Shown here piece after piece: positions 34,651 to 44,547 of a stretch of DNA of 56,300 bases. Every line of letters starts with the position of its first letter. Within the stretch, counting starts at the first letter, position 1. The stretch comes from a virus (Duplodnaviria > Caudoviricetes), in IMG/VR virus record IMGVR_UViG_3300042447_000704, positions 1 through 56,300 of that record; one strand, given 5' to 3'. The notes beneath the pieces are model-generated. The model was not told where the DNA came from. It searched no databases and worked only from the letters and a program-made list of their open reading frames with translations. Made by a program: the position numbers and the translations under genes.

Positions 34651-35448
34651 TTATCCGTTTGCGATGGTGACCATCAACTCTGGGAGACCCGTTGCAGTGC
34701 TGTCGGCAAGTACGGCAATTCCGAGCGCAGCTTCAGCGGTAATCGCAGGCATCCCGACTCTCAAGTAGTCGTGAATATCACCAGCGTTTGCGACCATCAC
34801 TCGACCCACCCACAACGGCCTGATCACGAGGATGTTGAAAGTGCCTGCGGACGCCACTGATCCCACCACGCCAGTCACGCCCTGCACGCCTGAGTCGCCT
34901 GCTTGCAGCGGCAGTTGCCACATACGGCCCACGATGTTCACTGCGGTCGCCACGGTGCCAGTTGATCGGCCAGCAGTACCGGACTGATTGATGTATGTGA
35001 CGTTGACGTTCTGAACAAGAGTCCCGGCAGTTACCTGCTCCAGCCAGATTTCTGTGTTTGTGAAGTCAGTGCCACCCGGCACTCTGGAGGCATAGCTCGC
35101 CGGAGTATTGGCGCTGGTGTTCGCGTTGTTGGCATACGGGCCAGCCTTCCATAGCAGATCGAACAGCATGACCCGACAGGTGACCGAGCTAGCAAACTCG
35201 ACGCCCGTTACATAGCCGGTCGCGCCGCCGCCGAATGCATTCAGGCGCGGCACACCGTTAGTTGCCGAACTGGTCGGAACCACGCCGGTTGTTGTGCTGG
35301 CTCCGGCCAGCGTGCCTGCGCCGGGGTTGCCTGCTTGATCGAATACGCTGAACCAGGCACCGCCTACAGAGGTTCTGCTTGCGGTCTTTACGATCTGCGC
35401 GCGCTGTTTCGGCGCAGCGATCAGTCCATCGAGAGTCGTGATTGCCAT
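34651..35448 (-). CDS. Putative virion structural/decoration protein
   Basis: G/T-rich beta-type sequence, LPLQAGDSGV motif; late operon. Confidence 0.65.
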   Translation of the reverse strand: MAITTLDGLIAAPKQRAQIVKTASRTSVGGAWFSVFDQAGNPGAGTLAGASTTTGVVPTSSATNGVPRLNAFGGGATGYVTGVEFASSVTCRVMLFDLLWKAGPYANNANTSANTPASYASRVPGGTDFTNTEIWLEQVTAGTLVQNVNVTYINQSGTAGRSTGTVATAVNIVGRMWQLPLQAGDSGVQGVTGVVGSVASAGTFNILVIRPLWVGRVMVANAGDIHDYLRVGMPAITAEAALGIAVLADSTATGLPELMVTIANG

Positions 35449-35457
35449 CTTTAAGTC

Positions 35458-35619
35458 CTAGTTAACTGTTCGCCAGTTAATAACAAATTCGTTTGCTATC
35501 GGGATTCGGGTATCTGTCCACCACTGCATACCGTCCCATCGCGCCATAACGGAAAGATCGTTTGCCAAAGACACCATCACGAGATGCCCGACCGGAGGTT
35601 CGTCGGCGTACACCGTCAT
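35458..35619 (-). CDS. Small hypothetical protein (53 aa)
   Basis: ATGA overlap with the upstream gene; fills the gap. Confidence 0.55.
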   Translation of the reverse strand: MTVYADEPPVGHLVMVSLANDLSVMARWDGMQWWTDTRIPIANEFVINWRTVN

Positions 35620-37418
35620 AGCGAGGTCACGCGAATTTTTGGAGTCCACGGGAAAGACACTCCCGAGTATTCGAATGGGGTGATTGAGAAGCTGGTCTCT
35701 ACGGTGCGCGGGATGGAAACGATGCGCCGCGTCAGTGGCTTGAAGACTTGCCACGGCTCGGATGTCACTGACACCATTTCCGCATCAGACAGTGCGCGCT
35801 CCCAGTAGGCCACCATTAGGATGGTGTTACCTGATCCGTAGTAGCCGGCGTTACCTGCGTCGACTGTCCCGCTGTATATGCCTATACCCCCAGTTCCACC
35901 GTCTGCCGAACCTAAAAAACGGCCAGAAGAGAATGCACGAAGGCCGTTTGCGCCAGCCACCCTAGTTGACCCGTAAACAAACTGCTTTCCCTGTTCAATC
36001 AGATTTGGAAACGTAAGAGAGTTACCGGCACCGTCGTAATTATTTGTACTAAGCCGGAATGTGACCTGCCGGCCTAATGAATACGGTTCTGTCGCAACGC
36101 CAAAGTGCGAAGAGTTCGGCCCGCCCCCGTATCCTCCCAACGAATGCGACACGTAACTAATGCCGTGCCAATATGGGTCTACAGAAAAGCCGACCACGAC
36201 ATAAGACGCGACAGGGGGGAAGAAAGTGGAATACTGAGACTGCACGCCTCCATCGGAGGTGACGCCAATACCGTTTAGACCAATGCCGCTAGGCGAGCCA
36301 ACGAGCGATGCGTTTGCACTTGCATTGGCCGCCGCGTATCGGGTTATGTCGTAGAAACGACCGTTGACCGGATGAAGAGCTACCCTCAAATCCCGAGATA
36401 GCCCATTACCCCAATCAATCCGCACCGCTCCCTGCGGCTGCTGCTTCCAACGGCGAGGCAGATAAAGCGCACCAACATTGGTCGCCAACGAGACCGTATG
36501 GCTTTTGACAACGCTCGCGCCATTCAGAACATCAAACTTGATTGACCCAGTATCAACGGGTGATGAGGCATCAAAGTTAACAACGATGTCTGAACCCGAC
36601 GCGGGCTGAGTAATCGGCGACAGCGTCGTCTCGTAGACCGCATTGCGCGAGGTCGCACTGATGTAGTCGTTACGGTCGGATACCGTCTCATCAATAGCCG
36701 TGAACAGAATCGGGGGCAGCGAGTAGAAGACAGCCTGCTGTGGTTTGAAGATTTGCCACGCGTTTTCTTGAATCGCTGCCGACTCAGACAGAGTTAGTGG
36801 TCGATCCCACGACAATGCTAGAAAGAAGTTTGCATCCGATGGCTGATTGGTGATGGCACCGACATAAAGACCAGTACTTGAGCTTGCATAGGCAAAAGTT
36901 GAGGATGCAGACAACTGCCCATTAAGATGCATCCGCGTCTCGGTTGTAACGTCGTTTGCCGTGCAAAGAGCAACAGTCGGGCCAGATGAAAATGGAATGT
37001 TCGCAGCAGAACCAACCGTCTGACTCCCCGACGCAACTAAAATTATCTGAGTTGCCCCGCCATTCAGACGCATACCCAGCGAGCCGCCTATAGCGCCGCT
37101 TACCAAGCCAGTCGCGCCCCCATACGGCCTGAATAGAACGAGGCGTGTGCCAGAGTAACCGGCTGTGCCGGCAGAACCTGCTGGAAGAGCAATCCTAGAA
37201 TTGGCCGCTGCGTTAAATCGGACGCCAAAGCCCCCAGTGTGGTCTGACTGGTATGCAAATGTTCCGGGGGTTGGGAATGTTGCAACGCCGGGGCCGATGT
37301 ATTGGCGAGCAGCAGGATGCCACGCTGCACACAGTCCACGCGACAGTGAATTACCCCAGTCCACTTGCAGTGGTTTCTGGGGTTGCTGCTTCCAACGGCG
37401 TGCGAGGAATAAGCTCAC
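35616..37418 (-). CDS. Virion protein with two LamG/ConA-like modules
   Basis: Duplicated RRWKQQPQxxxxxDWGNxLSR...W[DE]RxL[TS]xxE...WQ[IV]FKP. Confidence 0.7.
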   Translation of the reverse strand: MSLFLARRWKQQPQKPLQVDWGNSLSRGLCAAWHPAARQYIGPGVATFPTPGTFAYQSDHTGGFGVRFNAAANSRIALPAGSAGTAGYSGTRLVLFRPYGGATGLVSGAIGGSLGMRLNGGATQIILVASGSQTVGSAANIPFSSGPTVALCTANDVTTETRMHLNGQLSASSTFAYASSSTGLYVGAITNQPSDANFFLALSWDRPLTLSESAAIQENAWQIFKPQQAVFYSLPPILFTAIDETVSDRNDYISATSRNAVYETTLSPITQPASGSDIVVNFDASSPVDTGSIKFDVLNGASVVKSHTVSLATNVGALYLPRRWKQQPQGAVRIDWGNGLSRDLRVALHPVNGRFYDITRYAAANASANASLVGSPSGIGLNGIGVTSDGGVQSQYSTFFPPVASYVVVGFSVDPYWHGISYVSHSLGGYGGGPNSSHFGVATEPYSLGRQVTFRLSTNNYDGAGNSLTFPNLIEQGKQFVYGSTRVAGANGLRAFSSGRFLGSADGGTGGIGIYSGTVDAGNAGYYGSGNTILMVAYWERALSDAEMVSVTSEPWQVFKPLTRRIVSIPRTVETSFSITPFEYSGVSFPWTPKIRVTSL

Positions 37419-38644
37419 GGCACCCTCACCCAGCCAGAGTTCGATGCGTCGGCGGACGGGCGCGAGTACTGGTAGACGTTTGTCTCGAAACTCAGCTTGC
37501 GGACAATCCGTCTATTGACGGTCGGGGCGTCAACAAAGAAGTATCGGTAGGGGTCGAGACTTAGCTGCTGCGCCTCATTGTCGTTTGCGACGTAACCATA
37601 AAGAAGCGCGTTGAACAAAATGTTTCCAACATTGGAGCCTGATTGCGATACAGACCCGCCGAAGAAATCGGTCGTTGGAAAGGTGGCGCCGTTCCATACG
37701 CTGGGGGCCGTTGTTGTCGCAACAAGCCGACCATCCAAAAATATCCGCACGCCAGTTGGCGACGATCCTGTAATTGAAGTAACGACCATACAGTGCAGAC
37801 CATTGCCCACACCGCTTACAGAAACTTCGCCACCGCTAAATCCGGTGTCGGATGTGACGACTAAAGATTGCTCACCAGCAGTATTGATCCACGATATCGT
37901 TTGTACTCTTTGGGATGGATTGTTACCAATGTTCCCAAAGAACCTCGGATAGTTTGTGATGTATTTGGAGGCGTCGTAGATGTAGAAAAGTGATACCCAA
38001 GTTTGACGCGCAACACTCCATCCGCCGCCTTGAATTGGATACGCGGTAAATTGCCAGCCGGTCTGCGCATCGATGCCGGGGCCGTAGGGGGTATTGACCG
38101 TTCTTAGATTCGTCGGCCCGTAATTCTCTTCGGTCTTGCGGATTACACGGTCAAAAACGGACGTATAGATTCCGTTGCTGCCTGCGGGCGCGTAGTTGTA
38201 GTGCCGAAGTGGAGTACCAACCTCTCCGACTCTGGGTTGACTAGCCATTCTCGGAGCGGGGACAAACAGCCCACGAGCATCCCGTCGAGGCGTCCAAATG
38301 CCTGCCAAAGGCTTGCGTAGCTGGACTGTAAAACCAGAGGTCGCTGTTGAAAGCGGATTGTAGGGCGGTGAGTTTTGATACGCCCTGACGGAGATGTAGG
38401 AATCCTCTGGAAGCGTTCCAGTCCAATTCCACGCTATACCAGAACCAGCAGACCCACTGCCGTCGAGGGCGATAGCGTTATCTGAAAGTCGAAGAACGGG
38501 AGAGGTTACAAAGCCGGCGTTCGACGCGATGAAATTTACGTCATTGTTCGTGCCACCACCGTCTCTGTCCAGCGTTCCAGAGAGCGTGACAGAGCGACCG
38601 ACGACTGTCGGACCACTTGTGATCGTGACAGCCGTAACAGCCAT
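37415..38644 (-). CDS. Virion protein with a LamG/ConA-like module
   Basis: HCMVVT...RIFLDGRL...EAQQLSLDPY pattern. Confidence 0.65.
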   Translation of the reverse strand: MAVTAVTITSGPTVVGRSVTLSGTLDRDGGGTNNDVNFIASNAGFVTSPVLRLSDNAIALDGSGSAGSGIAWNWTGTLPEDSYISVRAYQNSPPYNPLSTATSGFTVQLRKPLAGIWTPRRDARGLFVPAPRMASQPRVGEVGTPLRHYNYAPAGSNGIYTSVFDRVIRKTEENYGPTNLRTVNTPYGPGIDAQTGWQFTAYPIQGGGWSVARQTWVSLFYIYDASKYITNYPRFFGNIGNNPSQRVQTISWINTAGEQSLVVTSDTGFSGGEVSVSGVGNGLHCMVVTSITGSSPTGVRIFLDGRLVATTTAPSVWNGATFPTTDFFGGSVSQSGSNVGNILFNALLYGYVANDNEAQQLSLDPYRYFFVDAPTVNRRIVRKLSFETNVYQYSRPSADASNSGWVRVP

Positions 38645-38647
38645 TAG

Positions 38648-39106
38648 TTAGACCGCGATGCCCCAGACCTCAGAGACTTGAACGGTGCCAGCCGTGAGCG
38701 TGACACCTAAGTCGTTTTTGAAAACGAGCTTAGTCGCTACCGGAAGAACGCCACCGTACGCAGCAGCCAACGAGAAGATTTTCCGATGTGCAGTTGTGTC
38801 GTTCATCGGGACAGACCCGACGTAGTGCAGGTCCGCTTCGTTCGTCGTCGCCGTCGTCGCGCTCTCTGGTCCTGACCCGAAGTTCGTCCCGTCCAGACTT
38901 CCCTTCGCGAACACCACTAGCTGCTTGTTGCCGGTCGGAGTCGTCCCCGTCGTCGCGGTCACATCGATCAGCACATCCAACGGGTCGTTGGTAGAGTGAG
39001 TAATCGTATTGGACACCACGTACAGGCTGGTCGCTGGGTTCAGCGTGGACAGGCCCGTCACCGTGAGTGATGTCGGTGTCTGAACGTGGGATTTGATGTC
39101 TGCCAT
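38648..39106 (-). CDS. Putative virion structural protein (152 aa)
   Basis: Late operon; SLDGTNF...FSLAAAYGGVLP. Confidence 0.7.
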   Translation of the reverse strand: MADIKSHVQTPTSLTVTGLSTLNPATSLYVVSNTITHSTNDPLDVLIDVTATTGTTPTGNKQLVVFAKGSLDGTNFGSGPESATTATTNEADLHYVGSVPMNDTTAHRKIFSLAAAYGGVLPVATKLVFKNDLGVTLTAGTVQVSEVWGIAV

Positions 39107-39229
39107 TATTAGCTCTCAAAGTAGGGGCTGGCTTTTCTTCGACTTGAACCGTTGTGTGTGCCTCTGGATCACTGCATCCAAAGAGCATCATCCACATCAA
39201 CAGAACCCAAAGCGCAACCCACGGGTTCA

Positions 39230-39661
39230 TTAGGCGAGCGCCGCCTGAACGTCATGTGCAAAGACATAGCCGAGACCGAGGACTTCGGCGCGGGACGCCG
39301 GCTGGATCGCCATACCTTTGATGAGGTCAGCCTGAGCTTGAGTCAGCACAGCAGGCACAACGGCGTCCAACAGAGCTTGCGTATTCGGATGCCCGACATC
39401 GATGCCGCTGTCTTGCTCAACGAACTTCATCGCCCACTTGATCGTGACGTTGGATGCAGAAGCATTGTTGAGCGCCTCGATGATTTCAGCGCCGGCAGAG
39501 CCGTGAGCAGCCAGCACACCACGCGCACTAACGAACTTCTCTTTGACCATCGAATAGATGCGAGCGTTCATCATGTCCGCAAGAACGCCGGGCGCGTTAC
39601 CAATGAAGGCCGCGTAGCCGCGATTCAGAGGATCGTTTTCCAGTTCAGATTTCAGGCTCAT
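39230..39661 (-). CDS. Hypothetical virion-associated protein
   Basis: RBS GAGG; LKSELENDPLNRGY...SRAEVLGLG. Confidence 0.7.
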   Translation of the reverse strand: MSLKSELENDPLNRGYAAFIGNAPGVLADMMNARIYSMVKEKFVSARGVLAAHGSAGAEIIEALNNASASNVTIKWAMKFVEQDSGIDVGHPNTQALLDAVVPAVLTQAQADLIKGMAIQPASRAEVLGLGYVFAHDVQAALA

Positions 39662-39671
39662 TTCTAACCTC

Positions 39672-40208
39672 TTAGGCGATGGTCAGAGTGACGGTGATGT
39701 TCAACGTGTCGGTGTTACTTACCGCACGCGCGGTGAACGTGCCTGCGCTATACAGAGTTCCAGCAGTGCCCGTGGCAGCATCGCAAACGAAACAGCCGTT
39801 GATAGTGTCCGTAGCGGTAATGCCAAAACCAACTGCGGTGTGCGTAATCGAGCCAGCAGATGCAGTGCCGAATGTGATGGTCTTGCGGTTGCCGGTGTAG
39901 GCAGTCGATTCAGTCCACGCCTTAGAGGCCAGCGTGTCGGTAACATTGGGGCCAGCGCCGAGCGTGCTGATCATCCCCAAGAACCAGCTGGCGGACTTTG
40001 CCGTCGAGCCAAAGATGGTGTTCAGGATGAGAGTCTTGCCAGCAGTGGTCACAAGATTACGGAACGTCTCGCGCCACTTCTCTTGACCATCTTCGCCAAC
40101 GCACTGAATGTCGTACGTGAAGTACGGGGCCTCGATCGAATCAACAAGCGAGTTGTTGCCGATGAAGCTCGTGACAGCAGCGTCGATAGAAGAGGATGCT
40201 TCTTTCAT
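39672..40208 (-). CDS. Putative virion structural protein
   Basis: NLVTTAGK...GTLYSAG...DTLNITVT; T/G-rich. Confidence 0.7.
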   Translation of the reverse strand: MKEASSSIDAAVTSFIGNNSLVDSIEAPYFTYDIQCVGEDGQEKWRETFRNLVTTAGKTLILNTIFGSTAKSASWFLGMISTLGAGPNVTDTLASKAWTESTAYTGNRKTITFGTASAGSITHTAVGFGITATDTINGCFVCDAATGTAGTLYSAGTFTARAVSNTDTLNITVTLTIA

Positions 40209-40217
40209 TTCTTACTC

Positions 40218-40595
40218 CTAGAAGTCCGAGCGGACTTTGAATTTGATGAGGTCGTAGACGGTCTGAATCGATTGATCCGCATACGTGATTTCGATCTCGC
40301 CTTCGTAATTTCCAGCGTCAACATTGAGAGCGCCGACAGGCCAAGAAAATGAAGCTCTGCCACCGGCACCCGCGACGTTGTAGGGAGCAGCGGAGTTGAT
40401 CGACCCGTCGTCATTCACAAAGCCGGTGAGCAAACTCCCGACAATTGTTTGAAGCAGAGTTGTTGAGCCTTCCGCCCTGAAGTACATCCGCGCCGTAGCT
40501 CCGGTGCAGTCGATTGCAGTTCCGGCAGATGTCTTCAGACTGATAACGATCTGGGGGCGGGTGTCGCCCTGAACTAACTTGATTCTTTCGGCCAT
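40218..40595 (-). CDS. BppU-N-like Ig-fold structural protein
   Basis: IKLVQGDTRP...AGNYEGEIEITY...QTV. Confidence 0.65.
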   Translation of the reverse strand: MAERIKLVQGDTRPQIVISLKTSAGTAIDCTGATARMYFRAEGSTTLLQTIVGSLLTGFVNDDGSINSAAPYNVAGAGGRASFSWPVGALNVDAGNYEGEIEITYADQSIQTVYDLIKFKVRSDF

Positions 40596-41227
40596 CAGAC
40601 AGCCCTCGGGATTCGGAAGCGGCGATTGTTTGCAACGCCGTCTTGAGAGGAGGTCAGCCTCGCTTCGCGCATCCCCCGCTCAAATGCGCTGCGGTGAGCC
40701 ATCGCCAGCTGGGGATTGCTCCACGTCTGGCCGGGTATCAGCAAAAGCGTTGCCTTAGCCCCGAAGACGATCTCGCGGTAGTAACGCTCCGCGATACTGT
40801 CTGGGACCGAAGTGGCGGCACGCGTCGGGGTGACTGCGAATCGGATGTAGAGCTTCTCAGTCAAAGACTGGTCTGCGATCGGCACGAGACGGATCGATGC
40901 CTCAGTGGAGAACGTCACCACCTGAGGCCGCCCTGTATCCGTTTGCCACGCACGCCCGCTGGAGAACAGGTCTTCTCTGGACATCCGAGTAAGCTCGTTT
41001 TGGCCGAGCATGACTCGAAGAACCTGCACGAGTCGGGCTCCTGTGGGGATGTCCAGATCAACCTCTGTCAGTCCTTTGGTCACCGCCACCGGGTCTTGAT
41101 CCACCGTGTAAACCAAAGCGGTGTCGCAAAACTCAATGGCGGCATCCCTGACAGCCCGCTCGATAGTCGTATCAGGGCACCCGATAACCTCGGGGAGAAT
41201 CTCAGGGACCAAAGTGGAGTACAGCAT
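40595..41227 (-). CDS. Head-tail adaptor-like protein
   Basis: EVIGCPD...AVRDAAIEFC...PGQTWSNPQLA; position in the operon. Confidence 0.65.
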   Translation of the reverse strand: MLYSTLVPEILPEVIGCPDTTIERAVRDAAIEFCDTALVYTVDQDPVAVTKGLTEVDLDIPTGARLVQVLRVMLGQNELTRMSREDLFSSGRAWQTDTGRPQVVTFSTEASIRLVPIADQSLTEKLYIRFAVTPTRAATSVPDSIAERYYREIVFGAKATLLLIPGQTWSNPQLAMAHRSAFERGMREARLTSSQDGVANNRRFRIPRAV

Positions 41228-41907
41228 CAGGCAGCGGCAGCAGCACGAGGCGGACGACCGCCCACGTTGGCGGTGTTCGGGCTGGTGATCTGATTGACTT
41301 TGTTGCCCAGACCCAGCGCGTTCATGAACTGCTGGTAATGAGCTTGTGCGCGCTGCGCATTACCTGCGTACTCACTGTCTTTTGAGAACGCCCGATAGCA
41401 GATGTAGTCAACAATCGCCCCGGTGTAGATGTCCTCTTGCGAAAGCGGGGTGGACAGAACGGAGATGTCAGTCGGTGTTTGCCCGTAGACGATCTCAATC
41501 TGATGGCCCGCAGTGGCCGGCGGATACACGTAGTACTGGCGCGGGTTGCGCTCGTCGTACATGAAGTGCTTAACGACTGCTGAAGCCGTCTCGGTGTGCC
41601 AGTCGGGCTTTTGTGCGTCGAGAATCTCGCGCTCGACAACCCGAATCGCTTTGCCTGCCGCACCAGACGGCATGTTCCGAGTCACGTCAATAAGACGAAC
41701 ACCGTCACTCGGCAGTGCGTATCGAGTACCGCCACCAGTCAGCGTGACAGTGGAAGTGGTTGCGTACAGGTCTGGGCGGGCGATTGAAATTTCGCGCCGC
41801 GCGTCGTTCAGATAGCGCAGCAACTCTTCTTGCGGCCACCGAACATTTGTTTGGTCTTGAATGATGTCGGATGCACGAAGCAGGACATCGGATACCGTCA
41901 GGGCCAT
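41227..41907 (-). CDS. Head-tail adaptor (DUF6682-like)
   Basis: VRWPQEELLRYLNDA...YVYPP...YRAFSKDSEYA; follows the capsid gene. Confidence 0.7.
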   Translation of the reverse strand: MALTVSDVLLRASDIIQDQTNVRWPQEELLRYLNDARREISIARPDLYATTSTVTLTGGGTRYALPSDGVRLIDVTRNMPSGAAGKAIRVVEREILDAQKPDWHTETASAVVKHFMYDERNPRQYYVYPPATAGHQIEIVYGQTPTDISVLSTPLSQEDIYTGAIVDYICYRAFSKDSEYAGNAQRAQAHYQQFMNALGLGNKVNQITSPNTANVGGRPPRAAAAA

Positions 41908-41920
41908 TCGTTACCTCACT

Positions 41921-41950
41921 AATAACCGGAGAGGGCCGAAGCCCCCTCCG
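41921..41950 (-). terminator. Hairpin after the capsid gene (weak intrinsic terminator)
   Basis: CGGAGGGGGC-TTCG-GCCCTCTCCG followed by GTTATT. Confidence 0.65.
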
Positions 41951-41958
41951 TTACATCA

Positions 41959-42993
41959 TCACTTCGAGACCAGAGACTCAACGAGTGCCTTAGGCGTAAC
42001 GACTTTGTAGCCGTACACGTTCAGGCCGCGCATGATGTCGCCGAAGGTCGCAGTCGAACGAAGCGTCTCGACTTTGGTGACTTGCGAAGCGAAGGTCAGA
42101 CCTTCTTTGACGCCAGCGAAGACGCTGTATCCGGTCTTTGCGGTGCCGCCGTTGGTGTCGGTGGTGGCGGTGACCTTAGGCAGCAGGTTCGACACGTAGA
42201 CCGTGAAGCGGTCGATGGTTCCGACCTGACCGTTACGAGCAATCGAAGTTGCATCGCCGGACACGTACACGTTCTTCAGATCGCCCTTCTTCAGCATCGC
42301 GGCGAACCACGCGGGGACTACAACGAAGCGACCAGACTCGGGCAGGTTCTGCTCATCCATCGCCTGACCGAGGTCGAGCAGATGATCGAGAGGAGTGCGC
42401 TTAGTGCTGGTTGCGCCGGAGCCAGCCGAGGAGGCCGGGTCGATAGCAACAGCGATTGCGCTTGCGCCAGTGGCGTTGTAGAAGCCCAGCGGCAGGTCGC
42501 CAGAGATGCGACCACCCAGAGGCGATGCCTTCGAGACACCACGATTGTTCGATGCCTCAGCGCCGCCAACGATACCGGCAAGCACATTGGTGTCGATCTT
42601 GATCTTCATCTGCTGAGCAGCGTCATTCGAGAAGATGTCCATCAGACGCAGGTCTGCTTGAGTCTTGTCGATGTCGTCAGCAACCACCGAGAAATAGTGG
42701 CCCTTGTCGATGTTCAGTTCGACAACCGAAGTCGCCGGAACTTCGCTGGTCAGGGTGAGGCCTTTGGTGTAGTCGTTGATCGTGATCGACGGAACGGTAC
42801 GGATCTTGACTTTGTCGCCCTGATCTTTGATCTCGCCTTCCCAGTCGGTATTGGCGATCGCAGACAGAACGGTGCTGTCGTAGAATTTTTGCTGCAACTT
42901 GCCCGACCAAATTTCGGGGATGAACTTACCAACGTAGCCGTCGGTGGTTCCTTGACCGGAACCGTAGTAGTTACTTGAGACTGGAATCGACAT
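41959..42993 (-). CDS. Major capsid protein
   Basis: FIPEIWSGKL, EGEIKDQGDKVKI, DEQNLPESGRFVVVP, FGDIMRGLNVYGYKV; follows scaffold; RBS AAAGGT. Confidence 0.88.
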   Translation of the reverse strand: MSIPVSSNYYGSGQGTTDGYVGKFIPEIWSGKLQQKFYDSTVLSAIANTDWEGEIKDQGDKVKIRTVPSITINDYTKGLTLTSEVPATSVVELNIDKGHYFSVVADDIDKTQADLRLMDIFSNDAAQQMKIKIDTNVLAGIVGGAEASNNRGVSKASPLGGRISGDLPLGFYNATGASAIAVAIDPASSAGSGATSTKRTPLDHLLDLGQAMDEQNLPESGRFVVVPAWFAAMLKKGDLKNVYVSGDATSIARNGQVGTIDRFTVYVSNLLPKVTATTDTNGGTAKTGYSVFAGVKEGLTFASQVTKVETLRSTATFGDIMRGLNVYGYKVVTPKALVESLVSK

Positions 42994-43022
42994 GATTTAC
43001 CTTTCATGCCGCACTCACGGGG

Positions 43023-43883
43023 CTACCGTTGTCGGATTCGGCCCTCGCGTCCTGCGGCGAAGAGTTCCTGATCAATCCGATCCGCTTCCGCTGGTGAATA
43101 GAGACCCCTACGTCGATCAGCAAAGAACTGATTGATTTCGTCGGTCGTCCAAATCTTCTTGCCCGGAGGTGGCGCGCTGACACGTGTTGTCTGCGGCTCA
43201 ACAAGCGGTTCAAGAACACTCGCGTCTGCTGGCTCGGCTCTTTGTTCGCCGCCAAACGCGTTGAAGAAGTTCGCAACTCGCCACGAGTCGTTTGAGTTCA
43301 CTGCCTCATCGAAGACCTCCTGACGCACCCGACCACTGAATGGATCGATGCCGGCGAGCCACGTAAGGAACTCTTTGTCCTCGTTGGTACGCTCCCAGTG
43401 AGGAGCCTTCGCTGCCAGTTCGTTGTAGAAGCGGTCTCGCTTGATACGTGCGGTCTCTTCGCGAAGCTGTTCGACCTGCGCTTTGATGTTCCCAACGTCT
43501 TCAGGAACAACCTCAGCTGCGGCCCGCTTCACAAAGTCAGTGAACTCTTCGCCGTATTCCGTAATCTCCTCGGGCTTTAGCTTCGAGGGCTTAGGCGGCG
43601 CAGCGCTCGCTTGTGACTCAGCAAGTGCAAGCTTTTCCTTCAGTTCACGTATCTCAGCTGCGAGACGGGGCACTTCAGCCGAGTACTTCCCTGACAGGAC
43701 TTCCCATTTCCGTTTGAACGAAGCGTCATCAGGTTCAGGCGCTGCCTGTTCCTTAGGTGCCTCAACGGGCTCGGGAGCCTTTGCTTCTACTTCGGGAGCC
43801 GATTCATCGGTATTCCCATAAAGCTGGCGGTGCAGGTCTTCCGCACGGCGTGCTTGTTCTTCAACTGCTTTAGGCAGCATCAA
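43023..43883 (-). CDS. Scaffolding protein
   Basis: Acidic, helical, Pro-rich; lies between portal and capsid; ends AGREGRI. Confidence 0.75.
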   Translation of the reverse strand: MMLPKAVEEQARRAEDLHRQLYGNTDESAPEVEAKAPEPVEAPKEQAAPEPDDASFKRKWEVLSGKYSAEVPRLAAEIRELKEKLALAESQASAAPPKPSKLKPEEITEYGEEFTDFVKRAAAEVVPEDVGNIKAQVEQLREETARIKRDRFYNELAAKAPHWERTNEDKEFLTWLAGIDPFSGRVRQEVFDEAVNSNDSWRVANFFNAFGGEQRAEPADASVLEPLVEPQTTRVSAPPPGKKIWTTDEINQFFADRRRGLYSPAEADRIDQELFAAGREGRIRQR

Positions 43884-44011
43884 TCTCTCCGTGAGCCGTT
43901 TTGGGGTCGATCAAGCCCGTTTGGGTATTTGTTCGTTGCCCGCAGGTATTCACTGTGGTCGCGTAAAGTTCCCGAGGAAGCGAGCGCCCCCGTATTTCCT
44001 CGGCTGCTCCG

Positions 44012-44200
44012 CTACGGAGCGAGGTCTTTCAGGATTTCAGTCAGCGTGGCAACGCACCCTTGCAATCGGTGCGTCCCTACGGTGTCCTGCCTGTAGACCA
44101 ATTCCTCTGTTCGGGACTGCAACAACTCGCGCAGCCCCTTCAAAACTTCTTCGTAGTCGCTGTTCCCACGAAGCCTGCGAACAGCTTCTTCAAACTTCAC
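44012..44200 (-). CDS. Small head-assembly protein
   Basis: HRLQGCVATLTEIL pattern; position after the portal. Confidence 0.65.
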   Translation of the reverse strand: MKFEEAVRRLRGNSDYEEVLKGLRELLQSRTEELVYRQDTVGTHRLQGCVATLTEILKDLAP

Positions 44201-44547
44201 TTCTTGAATGACTGCCTCTGCCAGCTGCTATCAGAGCAATCCATCACGTTCCCGACGTATCCGCCATTGGCGTAGCCAACAACGCCGCCGCGAGCCATTG
44301 CCGCAACCTGCTCGTTTTTCTCCGGATCGACTACGGTTGCTGATGCCAACATACTGTCGGTTGACGCCATATCCGGTCTTAGGCTCGGCTTCATGCCGGC
44401 GCGCAGTTGCTCGGCCTGAGCGGAACGAAGGTTAGTCAGGGCGGCGTCGTACTTCTCAAGACGTGCCTCGCGCTCTTTGTTGCGCTTACCTTCTTTGTAA
44501 GCAGCGCCGGCTGCGGCCAACCCACCCAGAATTCCGATTGCACTCAC
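44197..44547 (-). CDS. Hypothetical virion-associated protein
   Basis: GTGA overlaps; MARGGVVGYANGGYV. Confidence 0.6.
   Translation of the reverse strand: MSAIGILGGLAAAGAAYKEGKRNKEREARLEKYDAALTNLRSAQAEQLRAGMKPSLRPDMASTDSMLASATVVDPEKNEQVAAMARGGVVGYANGGYVGNVMDCSDSSWQRQSFKK

Noticed and set aside
24591-38644. Diversity-generating retroelement acting on fibre or lectin genes
   Set aside because: No reverse transcriptase motif and no adenine-specific TR/VR pair seen
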